The translations under genes and the position numbers were made by a program. Positions 18,649 through 26,971 of a DNA stretch of 31,668 bases are shown here, piece after piece (within the stretch, counting starts at the first letter, position 1; every line of letters begins with the position of its first letter). The DNA comes from a virus (taxonomy: Duplodnaviria; Caudoviricetes), in IMG/VR virus record IMGVR_UViG_3300031519_007484, positions 1-31,668 of that record; one strand, 5' to 3'. The notes under the pieces are model-generated. The model ran no database searches, was not told where the DNA came from, and worked only from the letters and a program-made list of their open reading frames with translations.

Positions 18649-18986
18649 ATATTTCTTTCTAGTTCTATTCTAGATCTTTGTTCCATCAACATAGCCTTTG
18701 CTAAAATTGCATAATTAACGATGTCATCGCAAGCATCTTCGACACTCTCATTCGGGACTTTCAACTCCTTATCATTTGTGAAAGACCTGATCCTTTGGAT
18801 CTTATCAATGACTCTAAGCAATAAGCCTTGCACTGGATCAATCCCAAGGACAGAGGCGGCGTTAAAATTAGCGAAGGGATCGGTGGATTTTTCTCCGCCA
18901 GTGTAATCGCTATTTTTTTGTTTCATAATATCCCTGCAAGTTTCGCAGGTATTTTTATGTAGTTGTAGTAGTTCTTCAGTTGTCAT
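18645..18986 (-). CDS. DUF1599 / nucleotide-modification-associated domain 1-like protein
   Basis: Motifs KNSDY, DPFANF, LLRVIDKIQRI and ESVEDACDDIVNYAIL. Start set at MTTEE. Confidence 0.7.
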   Translation of the reverse strand: MTTEELLQLHKNTCETCRDIMKQKNSDYTGGEKSTDPFANFNAASVLGIDPVQGLLLRVIDKIQRIRSFTNDKELKVPNESVEDACDDIVNYAILAKAMLMEQRSRIELERNI

Positions 18987-19203
18987 AATTTTTTCTTTCT
19001 TCCATTCTTTGGGCATGTTTTCCCCAGATATCTGCTTTTTCTTTTGCTCTCTCGGCTCTTTGTAAATCTAAGTTAGCTAGTGCTTGATGATATATTTGGA
19101 ATGGGAATTTGAACCAACAAATCAAGCCAACCACAATACCAAGAGGTACTCCAACTACTATCGATCCAATTAGCGCAATAAAGTTTTCGATTTTTTCTCT
19201 CAT
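18976..19203 (-). CDS. Small membrane protein
   Basis: Hydrophobic stretch FIALIGSIVVGVPLGIVVGLICWF. Confidence 0.65.
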   Translation of the reverse strand: MREKIENFIALIGSIVVGVPLGIVVGLICWFKFPFQIYHQALANLDLQRAERAKEKADIWGKHAQRMEERKNYDN

Positions 19204-19207
19204 AAAT

Positions 19208-19708
19208 TTAATATTTTACAGTATACCACTTTGGGGTTTCGCTATATTGCCACTTGGCCATATAGGATTTATCATGATTGTAATACTCGCGATACTTTTC
19301 GACAACAGAAAGAGTTTCGAAGTTTGGTAACTGTCTGCATTTTTGATCTTGAGCAATAGCTACAGCAAATTCTGTTTGTTTTTGTTTGTCAAATTGTAAG
19401 CGGTGTTTGTTCTCCAGAATCCAAATAAAAGTATCTGTGCTTTTATGGCGTTTGCCGTATCTATTAGTGTATTCGTTAAGTAAGGCAGCAGTGTGTTGGA
19501 CGAGCCATTCGAAGTTCCCGCAAGACTCCCTAGCCCAGATCGCAGATGGATGGTTATAGTGAGTCTTCTTGTATGGAGCTTCAATATCTTGCATCCAGAA
19601 TGTGGTGCAGAGAAGCTGATTGCATTCAAGAATCATCTTGACACAATGTTTGTCGCAATGCTGGCGAGCAGCAATTTCGGGGTCTTTGTCTAAACAGAAT
19701 ATATTCAT
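19208..19708 (-). CDS. Pyrimidine-dimer DNA glycosylase / endonuclease V-like protein
   Basis: MNIFCLD...CDKHCVKMILE..QLL, THYNHPSAIWAR, EYTNRYGKRH and YREYY. Confidence 0.8.
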   Translation of the reverse strand: MNIFCLDKDPEIAARQHCDKHCVKMILECNQLLCTTFWMQDIEAPYKKTHYNHPSAIWARESCGNFEWLVQHTAALLNEYTNRYGKRHKSTDTFIWILENKHRLQFDKQKQTEFAVAIAQDQKCRQLPNFETLSVVEKYREYYNHDKSYMAKWQYSETPKWYTVKY

Positions 19709-19717
19709 TTCTGGGCC

Positions 19718-19745
19718 AATTTAAACGCTTAAAAATTGAAGTCAA
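19718..19745 (-). promoter_or_regulatory. Sigma70-like promoter, near-leaderless
   Basis: TTGACT-N16-TAAATT, then 9 nt to ATG at 19708. Confidence 0.6.
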
Positions 19746-19960
19746 GCATCTTTTCCCTCATTTGTGTGCAAGGCTACTTCAATCTCATGTCTAGGAAATA
19801 GCAACCCAACCACTAGAAAGTCCCAAAGACTACGGTCATACCCTTCACTTAATGCTAATTTTTCTTTGGTTTCTGCGTATAGATCAGCTTGAACTTTTTT
19901 TAATTTATCCATTTTTATTTTAGCTTTATCTAATGCTTCTAATTTTTCTTGTGAGGTCAT
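19742..19960 (-). CDS. Hypothetical protein
   Basis: ORF from the track; ATG at 19960 is preferred, with TTGACT upstream. Confidence 0.55.
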   Translation of the reverse strand: MTSQEKLEALDKAKIKMDKLKKVQADLYAETKEKLALSEGYDRSLWDFLVVGLLFPRHEIEVALHTNEGKDA

Positions 19961-20017
19961 CCATAATATTTTCAATGTTTTTCGACCTTAGTCAATATGA
20001 AAGTGTAATTATTTAAG

Positions 20018-20311
20018 ATGAAGAAGCTTTCGTTTGTTGAGGTTTTAAATATAAAAATAAAAATTATTTATGAGGAAATGGAGGATTGGGGGGAGTGCTT
20101 TATGGACGATAAGCTAATTAAATTGAATAAAAAATGCCTAACAGATCCAGAACAGCATTGGTGGACCTTGGTTCATGAAGTGACGCACATGATTTTTGAG
20201 ATGACGGGTATAGCTTTCATGGAATTGAACGACGAAGAGGCTTATGTAAGGTGTGTAGAGAATTTAGTCATTCCTTGGGTATTGAAACACAATGGGTTAA
20301 GAAAAAAATGA
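20018..20311 (+). CDS. Small HExxH zinc-metallopeptidase-like protein
   Basis: WGEC..., TLVHEVTH and a downstream EE. Confidence 0.65.
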   Translation: MKKLSFVEVLNIKIKIIYEEMEDWGECFMDDKLIKLNKKCLTDPEQHWWTLVHEVTHMIFEMTGIAFMELNDEEAYVRCVENLVIPWVLKHNGLRKK

Positions 20312-20330
20312 TTTTTTAATCAAAAAGGTG

Positions 20331-20358
20331 TTGACCCGCCTGAGAGTTGTGATATTCT
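20331..20358 (+). promoter_or_regulatory. Sigma70-like leaderless promoter of ruvB
   Basis: TTGACC-N16-TATTCT, then 6 nt to ATG at 20365, with an AT-rich UP region. Confidence 0.7.
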
Positions 20359-20364
20359 TTGGGC

Positions 20365-21297
20365 ATGGAAATCAACAAGATATTCGAAGAAGCAATTGGA
20401 CAAGAATCAGTCAAGCGCACTTTGAGTGTGTTCATCGACTCTTATAAGGAGACGAACCGTTTGCCGTTTATCAACCTCACTACCCAAAAGGGTGGAGGTA
20501 AAACTTTCTTTGCTCGTAAGTTCCGCGAAGCTCTTGAGCGTCCAGATGGCACTCGTCCTCCAATGCTGGAGATTAACGGTAAGACAATCAGAAACGCTCG
20601 TGCGTTCTTTGAGCAGGTTTACCCATTGTGGGTTGAGCATAGTGCCTTTCTTTTTATTGATGAGGGACACAATATTCCCAAAGACTTACAAGAGATTTTC
20701 TTGACAGCTTTAAATGTCGATAAAAATCCAGTTCGGACTGTTACTACAGAAGAAGGGACTTTCACCTTTGACTTTTCGAAGCTTTCGCTTTGCATGGCGA
20801 CAACAAATCAAGAAAAGCTTTGCGAGCCACTTAGAGATAGACTTAGAGATATTTCTTTTGAAGATTACTCTGGTGAAGAGCTTTACAAAATCTTTGAGTC
20901 TAACTTAGAGGGGAAGGTACAGATTGATCCTGAAACAAAGCAAGAGATCATTTCTGTATTAAGGGGAAACCCAAGAGATGCTGTAGTAAAAGCTCATGAC
21001 ACTCAAACTTACGCTTCTGCGACCAAGCTTAAGGTCTTCACTAAGGCTGTTTGGTCTGAGTTCTGTAAGGCTATGGGGGTTAATCCGATGGGCTTATCAA
21101 ACTCTGAGATTCAGATCGTGAAGACTCTGAGGGATAGGGGAGCGATGACACTCAATGGGCTCTGCTCTGTCACAGGCTACCAGAAGCAAGTAATCCAGAG
21201 GGACTATGAACAGATCTTAGTTAGGAAGAACCTCATGGAAATAGATGTCAAGAGAAAACTCACTAGAGAAGGGATGGCACTTGCTCAAACAATTTAA
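20365..21297 (+). CDS. ruvB: RuvB-like Holliday-junction branch-migration AAA+ ATPase
   Basis: FEEAIGQE, Walker A KGGGKT, Walker B LFIDEGH, ATTN, PLRDR, RGNPRDA, and a C-terminal winged-helix-like region (GL...YEQILV...R.LT..G). Confidence 0.85.
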   Translation: MEINKIFEEAIGQESVKRTLSVFIDSYKETNRLPFINLTTQKGGGKTFFARKFREALERPDGTRPPMLEINGKTIRNARAFFEQVYPLWVEHSAFLFIDEGHNIPKDLQEIFLTALNVDKNPVRTVTTEEGTFTFDFSKLSLCMATTNQEKLCEPLRDRLRDISFEDYSGEELYKIFESNLEGKVQIDPETKQEIISVLRGNPRDAVVKAHDTQTYASATKLKVFTKAVWSEFCKAMGVNPMGLSNSEIQIVKTLRDRGAMTLNGLCSVTGYQKQVIQRDYEQILVRKNLMEIDVKRKLTREGMALAQTI

Positions 21298-21308
21298 TGA
21301 AAAAAAAC

Positions 21309-21336
21309 TTGACCTTAATCCAAAAAGCAGTATTAT
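21309..21336 (+). promoter_or_regulatory. Sigma70-like leaderless promoter
   Basis: TTGACC-N16-TATTAT, then 6 nt to ATG at 21343. Confidence 0.75.
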
Positions 21337-21342
21337 AGCGGC

Positions 21343-21540
21343 ATGAACAACGAACAAGACTTCGACTTTTCTAAGATCGACATCACAGTCAACGGCAACA
21401 AGATCAAAGCAGATGACCTTTGGGAACTCATTGGTGGCTTGGAGAAAGCTCTCAAAGAGGTAGAGGCGATTGACTATGACGATAGACTTGAGGTTCTCTC
21501 CAGAGAAGCTTCCGCAGTTGTTTCAAAATGCGGATACTAA
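21343..21540 (+). CDS. Hypothetical protein
   Basis: ORF with its own promoter-like motif. Confidence 0.7.
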   Translation: MNNEQDFDFSKIDITVNGNKIKADDLWELIGGLEKALKEVEAIDYDDRLEVLSREASAVVSKCGY

Positions 21541-21576
21541 TTTCAACCAATAAAAAAAAACTAACTAACTAATACA

Positions 21577-21795
21577 ATGGCAAAACGTGGAAGACCCAAA
21601 GGTGGCACATCATTCGTGAACATCAATCTAGAGCAGCTTAGCGATCTCTTTGGCCGTAGGCAATCGATACCTGTATCCAGAGTCTGGCTGGAGAAACTTA
21701 ATATTATTGTTGACTCTGCTCCTAGTGCAGTGATCACTAGCAATGAAGCTCCTACAGAAGAAGCATCGAAGATTGAGATCAAGCTTGAAGCATAA
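21577..21795 (+). CDS. Small AT-hook DNA-binding-like protein
   Basis: N-terminal KRGRPKG. Confidence 0.65.
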   Translation: MAKRGRPKGGTSFVNINLEQLSDLFGRRQSIPVSRVWLEKLNIIVDSAPSAVITSNEAPTEEASKIEIKLEA

Positions 21796-21989
21796 TGTCT
21801 GAAGTTAAAACTTACAACGTTTACAGTCGGAGAGGCGATTGGATGGGCGGGTATTCAACTGACCTTGAGAAAGTGAATCCTTCCATCAATTGTTTAGAAA
21901 TGGCAAAGCAAAATGCTATCCAGTGCAAAGGAGAAGTCATGGCGCTTTTCCAAGATGGATCAGAAAAAAAAGTATACCCAGAAAAATGA
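21795..21989 (+). CDS. Hypothetical protein
   Basis: TAATG coupling upstream and ATGA coupling downstream. Confidence 0.65.
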   Translation: MSEVKTYNVYSRRGDWMGGYSTDLEKVNPSINCLEMAKQNAIQCKGEVMALFQDGSEKKVYPEK

Positions 21990-22405
21990 GAACAAAATTA
22001 TTCCTAGCTACATCACTACCGCTTTTGGCGCTCGCAACTTGGAGTTGCCTTAGGAGTCCAGAAGTCGAGACAGTTGTTCAAGAAAAGATTGTTTATCCAG
22101 AAAATGTTGAAGCCTGCGTATCTCTCACTAAGTTCCAATTAGAAAAGATGCTTAGGCATTTCAATGAGGATGATCATCCTTCAGAAACGAAACGTTTTAA
22201 GAGTCTAGTCAAGAGAGATGGGGATAATTGGAAAATTTCTTCCACTCACTTAGCTAAGGGTGCAGAAAAATACTCTCTCCCAGACGGTGACTTCGTTGTT
22301 GTTGATGCTTCTTTTATTGATTATCATGGAGGCTTCAAAGATTGTGTCACCTACGCCCACAGCTATCAAGACAATCACGAATATATCGTGCTATCAGCCA
22401 AGTAA
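21986..22405 (+). CDS. Secreted or membrane-anchored hypothetical protein
   Basis: True start is likely MRTKLFLATSLPLLALATWSC, a signal-like sequence at the ATGA overlap. Confidence 0.65.
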   Translation: MRTKLFLATSLPLLALATWSCLRSPEVETVVQEKIVYPENVEACVSLTKFQLEKMLRHFNEDDHPSETKRFKSLVKRDGDNWKISSTHLAKGAEKYSLPDGDFVVVDASFIDYHGGFKDCVTYAHSYQDNHEYIVLSAK

Positions 22406-22421
22406 AGATTCAGAATGGTAA

Positions 22422-22586
22422 ATGAATACAAAAAGATTGTGGAGAATATGGGTGAGGACGATGGGCAAAAAGATCTCAGACGATGGGACGGAAGCAGACC
22501 TTGGAGCAGCTATTAGAACTTTTTGGTGGCTAATTCATATTACAACTTGTGGATTTATTATCGCGAATACAATTAGACATTGGTAA
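22422..22586 (+). CDS. Small membrane protein (54 aa), absent from the ORF track
   Basis: MNTKRLWRIWVRTMGKKISDDGTEADLGAAIRTFWWLIHITTCGFIIANTIRHW. It resembles a small phage family recalled from memory, and the next ATG follows 1 nt after the stop. Confidence 0.7.
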   Translation: MNTKRLWRIWVRTMGKKISDDGTEADLGAAIRTFWWLIHITTCGFIIANTIRHW

Positions 22587-22587
22587 A

Positions 22588-22830
22588 ATGAAAAACAAAT
22601 TTAAATTATTATTTTGTGATCTCAAGCAAGTCATGTTTGGTAGAGAACCATCTCTTGACTTAAATGAAATTCTTAACCCTCCAACTTGGTTAGAGAGGCA
22701 GTTCCAGAACCAACTCATTGACAGGAAGTATGAAGAGACTTTGATGGCTAAGGATTCTCACTGGTCAGATAGATACGACAAAGACTTTGGAAATGTCAAG
22801 AAGGAAGTAATTAGGGTAAGAGAGTCATGA
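22588..22830 (+). CDS. Hypothetical protein
   Basis: ATG at 22588 within ORF 22549..22830. Confidence 0.65.
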   Translation: MKNKFKLLFCDLKQVMFGREPSLDLNEILNPPTWLERQFQNQLIDRKYEETLMAKDSHWSDRYDKDFGNVKKEVIRVRES

Positions 22831-22925
22831 ATAAAAGCGAGCTTGTTTTAGTAGTATTTATTGGTATAATCTTGGTCATAATGTATCGTCTTGGATTCTT
22901 AGAAGATATTTTCCATACGTTTTAA
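22827..22925 (+). CDS. Small membrane peptide (32 aa), absent from the ORF track
   Basis: MNKSELVLVVFIGIILVIMYRLGFLEDIFHTF, with an ATGA overlap. Confidence 0.55.
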   Translation: MNKSELVLVVFIGIILVIMYRLGFLEDIFHTF

Positions 22926-22937
22926 TTTTTTATTTTT

Positions 22938-23014
22938 GGCTGTGTAGTCCAATTGGCAGAGACAACGGACTTAAAATCCGTCCAGTATGAGTTCGAATCT
23001 CATCACAGCTACCA
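22938..23014 (+). tRNA. tRNA-Leu(TAA) with a short variable loop and encoded CCA
   Basis: Acceptor GGCTGTG/CACAGCT; anticodon arm ACGGA-CTTAAAA-TCCGT; T arm ATGAG-TTCGAAT-CTCAT; ends ACCA. Confidence 0.9.
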
Positions 23015-23022
23015 AGTTAGAA

Positions 23023-23610
23023 ATGATCAGCAACAAAGATAAATTTATATTTATACACATACCTAAATGTGGTGGTACTTCGATAGAGAGATTTGTTTTA
23101 TCCCACTATGGCATAAGTAATGATTGGACAAGGCTATACCCTTTGGAGGTATTACCCATGAAGGTTAGATCTGAATTTAGTATTGGCTTCGGTCGGCAGC
23201 AACATATGTCTTTAAGTAATTTTTCCTTAGAGAAGCAGGAGGAATATTTTTCCTTTGCTTTCGTGAGGAACCCTTGGGACAGGATTATGTCTTCGTATTT
23301 ATATTCTAAGAGGCTTGGTCATAAGTTTACCTTTAAATCTTTTTTTGATTCTATTGAATTTGAGAATCACTGTAAGCCGCAATCTTATTTTCTTAATAAG
23401 AATATAGATTTTATAGGTAGGTTTGAGACTCTACAAGAAGACTTCAATTTAGTGTGCGGGAAGTTGGGGCTTGAACCCAAGCAATTACCGCATGAGAACA
23501 AAACAGTTCATAAGCATTATACTGAATGGTATACTGATGAAAATAAAAAGCTGGTTCAAGATAAGTACTCTGAAGATATTGAAACTTTCAATTATAAATT
23601 CGGTTCATAA
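23023..23610 (+). CDS. Sulfotransferase (Sulfotransfer_2 family)
   Basis: 5'-PSB motif FIHIPKCGGTS, 3'-PB motif FVRNPWDRIMS, and FIGRFETL. The real start is at 23023 because the track start lies inside the tRNA. Confidence 0.85.
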   Translation: MISNKDKFIFIHIPKCGGTSIERFVLSHYGISNDWTRLYPLEVLPMKVRSEFSIGFGRQQHMSLSNFSLEKQEEYFSFAFVRNPWDRIMSSYLYSKRLGHKFTFKSFFDSIEFENHCKPQSYFLNKNIDFIGRFETLQEDFNLVCGKLGLEPKQLPHENKTVHKHYTEWYTDENKKLVQDKYSEDIETFNYKFGS

Positions 23611-23614
23611 AAAT

Positions 23615-23687
23615 GCGCTCGTAGCTCAATGGTTAGAGCAGGGGTCTCATAAACCCTTGGTTATCGGTTCGAATCCGGTCGGGCGTA
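23615..23687 (+). tRNA. tRNA with CAT anticodon (Ile2-like, or elongator Met)
   Basis: Acceptor GCGCTCG/CGGGCGT; D arm GCTC/GAGC; anticodon arm GGGGT-CTCATAA-ACCCT; T arm ATCGG-TTCGAAT-CCGGT. The 3' end is ACTA, so CCA is not encoded. C4-G69 favours Ile2. Confidence 0.88.
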
Positions 23688-23700
23688 CTAATAAATGAAC

Positions 23701-23729
23701 TTGACAATTAAACAAACTTCGGTTAGAAT
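23701..23729 (+). promoter_or_regulatory. Strong sigma70-like promoter, near-leaderless
   Basis: TTGACA-N17-TAGAAT, then 8 nt to ATG at 23738. Confidence 0.8.
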
Positions 23730-23737
23730 ATATTAGC

Positions 23738-26338
23738 ATGAAAACTCCAGATCAAATCTCCCTAGTAATTGACTCATTAGAGACTTCAGTAAATCAATTA
23801 AAACGATTAAAAAATCAACTATCAAGCTCTGAGCTTATTCTTAGTGCTGAGTCGGAAGTTTCTAGTGCTGAGTATTCAAGTCCAGAACACAGTAGCGCGG
23901 AGACCAGCGCGGAATACAGTAGTTCTGAGTCAAGTTCTGAGCCACCTTGGGAGACGAGTGCGGAGACGAGTGCGGAGACGAGTGCGGAGACGAGTGCGGA
24001 GACGAGTGCGGAGACGAGTGCGGAGACGAGTGCGGAGACGAGTGCGGAGACGAGTGCGGAGACGAGTGCGGAGACGAGTTTTGGTTCTAATTATTTTTCT
24101 TATAACTTCCTAAGCACGGGGAAGCCTGTCGGCAACGCTATTAAGTGGCGTTCGATTGTGGCGGGTGCTGACGGTAAGTTGTATTGTGCGCCTTACTCCG
24201 ACGATAGCATCCTTGTTATCGATCCCGCCGATGACTCCGTCTCTACTGTCTCGCTATCTTCGCTATACGTGTATAGCGGAAGTGGTCAAAAGTGGGTTGA
24301 TGGGCTACTCGCGCCGAACGGAAAAATGTATTTTAACCCACACAAAGGTGGGGGGTGGCTAATATTAGACACAAGCAACGGAAGCCTAGCCGCCACTAAT
24401 GCAGGCGGTCCCAACCAAACACGGGGTGGGGCTATGTCGCCATCAGGCGTAATCCATTCGACGCAGTTTAGTGGATTGCCCTCATTAAAACATGTTTTCC
24501 GTCTAGATACCAATACGGACACCACTCTCCCCGCTCTAAAATATGCCACCGACAGAACTGGCGGAATTTACTCAGCCCGACCTAATTGGGCTACCGACGT
24601 TAATTATGGTACTTACGATGCTAAGTGGGGGGTCACCGCAGCGGCAAACGGTAAGATGTATAGCACACCGTTTAGTGCTAGCCGAATTTTAATAACTGAC
24701 CCAGTTACCGGACTTTCTTGGGAGGGTGCGGATGCACTGACGGGCAACGCCCCCTTGCCGACAGAGCTGGCATTCCCGTCACCCATAGCAGGACATCAAC
24801 CACCACCTCCGTTCTTCGCTAAATATAGCGGCGGAACTTTGGACCCCGTGTCCGGCAATATTTATGCGATGCCCCGAAGGGCGAACTCTATCCTGAAGAT
24901 CGACACGGCTACTGACAGAGCTTATGAGCTGCCACTACCTGATGCGCTAATATCGTCCACCTCAACGTCCAAGTCATTCAGCTCTCTCCTAGGACCGGAC
25001 GGGCGTATCTACTCTGTCCCGTGGAGCGAGAAATATTTAATCTGGATCGACCCCGCCACCGACGAAATCGGTTATGAGGATATATCTTCCGCGCTCGCGC
25101 TGTCGGGGTCTCCTAACAGCCTATACTACACGTATGGCGCGACATCTGGAAACAGTATGTATTTCACAGCCGGTCGTGCGAGCAACATACTCGTAATCAC
25201 AGTGGTAACATTACCTCCTTCTGGAGAAACGAGTTCTGAGTCAAACTCTGAGTCAAGCTCTGAGCCACCTTGGGAGACTAGCGAGGAGTTAACCCCTTAC
25301 AAATTTGGGCATACTGCTGGGTATTCTAGCGCAGAGACCAGCGCAGAGAATACATCATTAGCAGAAACTTTAAGTTCTGAGTGGAATGGGCGATTTGTTA
25401 GCGGCATGACCAAGGCTGTTAATGGGAAAGTCTATACGGATCAAAATCATAAGACTGGCTCTTATCCTCGAAACCCCTCACTATGGTGTGCGGATGTAGT
25501 CAATGAGCTTACTGCAATAAGCCCTTGGAACTCTGAACATCAGAATAGGGTAGGAGGAACGCTAATTACTAAAAGACATATTATAACGTCTGCACACGCA
25601 GCTTTGTCTATATCGTCTGTCCCTCTAATGGTTAGGTTTGTAGACGCTGATAGTAACGTCCATACGCGAACGATTGTCGGGGCTAAGACATCTGCTGATT
25701 GGTCGGGGCGTGGCAGTAACCGCTCTGACTTCAGGATTTACACTTTAGATTCAGATCTTCCTGATTCGATTAAGCCGTGTAAGATTATGCCGTCAAATTG
25801 GGAGAATTACCTGCCTGACCTTAACGATACTCGCCCTCCTCAGTTGGTTTTAGATCAAGAGGAGAAGGCGCTTGTCGCTGATTTAAGAAGGATCGATACT
25901 AAGCTTTCTTATGGGGCTTACCCTGTTGACACTGACCGCGCAATATTTTCTGAATCTCTTATCGGTGGCGACTCAGGAAACCCAGCCTTTTTAATTGTCG
26001 ATCCAGACCCCAACGACTCTAACGTCAGCTCAGAGTTAGTCCTTAATTATGTCCTTACATTTGGCGGCACAGGGACAGGGACTTCTCTTGCTAATAGTAT
26101 TTCTCTTTTGAATTCTACGATTGCTGGTGCTGATGCCGATGCTAGTGCTAGGTCAGGGACATCTATAATTAATACTAGGTATACAGTTACTGAAGCCGAC
26201 TTTTCTTATTATACTGATTACACCAGCGCAGAAACCAGCGCAGAAACCAGCGCAGAAACCAGCGCAGAAACCAGCGCAGAGACTAAAGGTGGTTTTTTTT
26301 CTTGGGTTAGCAGGTACTTCCAGAGCTTTGAAGCTTAA
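23738..26338 (+). CDS. 866-aa modular protein: coiled coil, ETSA repeats, beta-propeller-like domain and trypsin-like serine protease
   Basis: Propeller-type repeats ([40 protein letters not shown]). Protease motifs [19 protein letters not shown] and GGDSGNP. Confidence 0.75.
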   Translation: MKTPDQISLVIDSLETSVNQLKRLKNQLSSSELILSAESEVSSAEYSSPEHSSAETSAEYSSSESSSEPPWETSAETSAETSAETSAETSAETSAETSAETSAETSAETSAETSFGSNYFSYNFLSTGKPVGNAIKWRSIVAGADGKLYCAPYSDDSILVIDPADDSVSTVSLSSLYVYSGSGQKWVDGLLAPNGKMYFNPHKGGGWLILDTSNGSLAATNAGGPNQTRGGAMSPSGVIHSTQFSGLPSLKHVFRLDTNTDTTLPALKYATDRTGGIYSARPNWATDVNYGTYDAKWGVTAAANGKMYSTPFSASRILITDPVTGLSWEGADALTGNAPLPTELAFPSPIAGHQPPPPFFAKYSGGTLDPVSGNIYAMPRRANSILKIDTATDRAYELPLPDALISSTSTSKSFSSLLGPDGRIYSVPWSEKYLIWIDPATDEIGYEDISSALALSGSPNSLYYTYGATSGNSMYFTAGRASNILVITVVTLPPSGETSSESNSESSSEPPWETSEELTPYKFGHTAGYSSAETSAENTSLAETLSSEWNGRFVSGMTKAVNGKVYTDQNHKTGSYPRNPSLWCADVVNELTAISPWNSEHQNRVGGTLITKRHIITSAHAALSISSVPLMVRFVDADSNVHTRTIVGAKTSADWSGRGSNRSDFRIYTLDSDLPDSIKPCKIMPSNWENYLPDLNDTRPPQLVLDQEEKALVADLRRIDTKLSYGAYPVDTDRAIFSESLIGGDSGNPAFLIVDPDPNDSNVSSELVLNYVLTFGGTGTGTSLANSISLLNSTIAGADADASARSGTSIINTRYTVTEADFSYYTDYTSAETSAETSAETSAETSAETKGGFFSWVSRYFQSFEA
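23951..24079 (+). repeat. 12-bp tandem repeat gagacgagtgcg x 10.75 (ETSA)
   Basis: Perfect in-frame copies. Confidence 0.97.
26222..26284 (+). repeat. 12-bp tandem repeat accagcgcagaa x ~5 (TSAE)
   Basis: In-frame. It encodes the same peptide as the first array with different codons. Confidence 0.95.
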
Positions 26339-26348
26339 ATTTTAAAAT

Positions 26349-26948
26349 ATGGTGTTGAAGGAGAGATTATTCACAATAATTTTATCTTGTGAGAAGTATA
26401 GGTATAAAATGTTGTCGCAAGATACTTCTAGGCTTGGAGACCATATGTATTTCATTGGCGATCCTAAATTATCCTCTCCTTTGGTTAAAGGGGAGTTAGT
26501 TTATTTACCTTGTCCAGATAATTATGAAGGTCTAAGTGTAAAAAGTTTAATGGCTATTAAGTGGGCGGTTGAGAATAAAGATTTCGATTTACTGCTTAAA
26601 ACAGACGATGATGTTTCTTTCCTAGGTGGTTTCGCTCAAATTGTTGATGAGGCTTCAAAAAATGATTATTCTGGTCTCTTAGTTAGAGGTGGTTACAGTT
26701 CTGATTGGCATTTCGGGAAATGTGAAAATGAAGAGTTGAACAGCACAGATGTTTCTATACCAGAAATAAGGTATTGTATGGGGGGAGCGTATTTTTTATC
26801 TAAAAAATCAGCTTCGATTGTCGCAAGCCATGAACTTGGAGATAGTTATTGTATGTTTGAAGACGTAGAGGTCGCAAATGTATTGTGGAGAAATAGAATT
26901 TTTGGTCATAAGATCTGTATAGAAAAGGGATTTTCTTGGCCGATTTAA
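26349..26948 (+). CDS. Glycosyltransferase, GT31/galactosyltransferase-like
   Basis: Motifs DNYEGLSVK, LLKTDDD, YCMGGAYFLS and FEDV. Confidence 0.8.
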   Translation: MVLKERLFTIILSCEKYRYKMLSQDTSRLGDHMYFIGDPKLSSPLVKGELVYLPCPDNYEGLSVKSLMAIKWAVENKDFDLLLKTDDDVSFLGGFAQIVDEASKNDYSGLLVRGGYSSDWHFGKCENEELNSTDVSIPEIRYCMGGAYFLSKKSASIVASHELGDSYCMFEDVEVANVLWRNRIFGHKICIEKGFSWPI

Positions 26949-26971
26949 ATTTTATATTTATTAGAGTAATC

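Noticed and set aside
23471-23698. 75-aa ORF
   Set aside because: It overlaps the sulfotransferase and reads through the tRNA.
23951-24079. CRISPR array
   Set aside because: A spacerless 12-bp in-frame coding repeat, with no cas genes.
23844-24113. Arg-rich RRVR protein
   Set aside because: Alternate-frame reading of the ETSA repeat.
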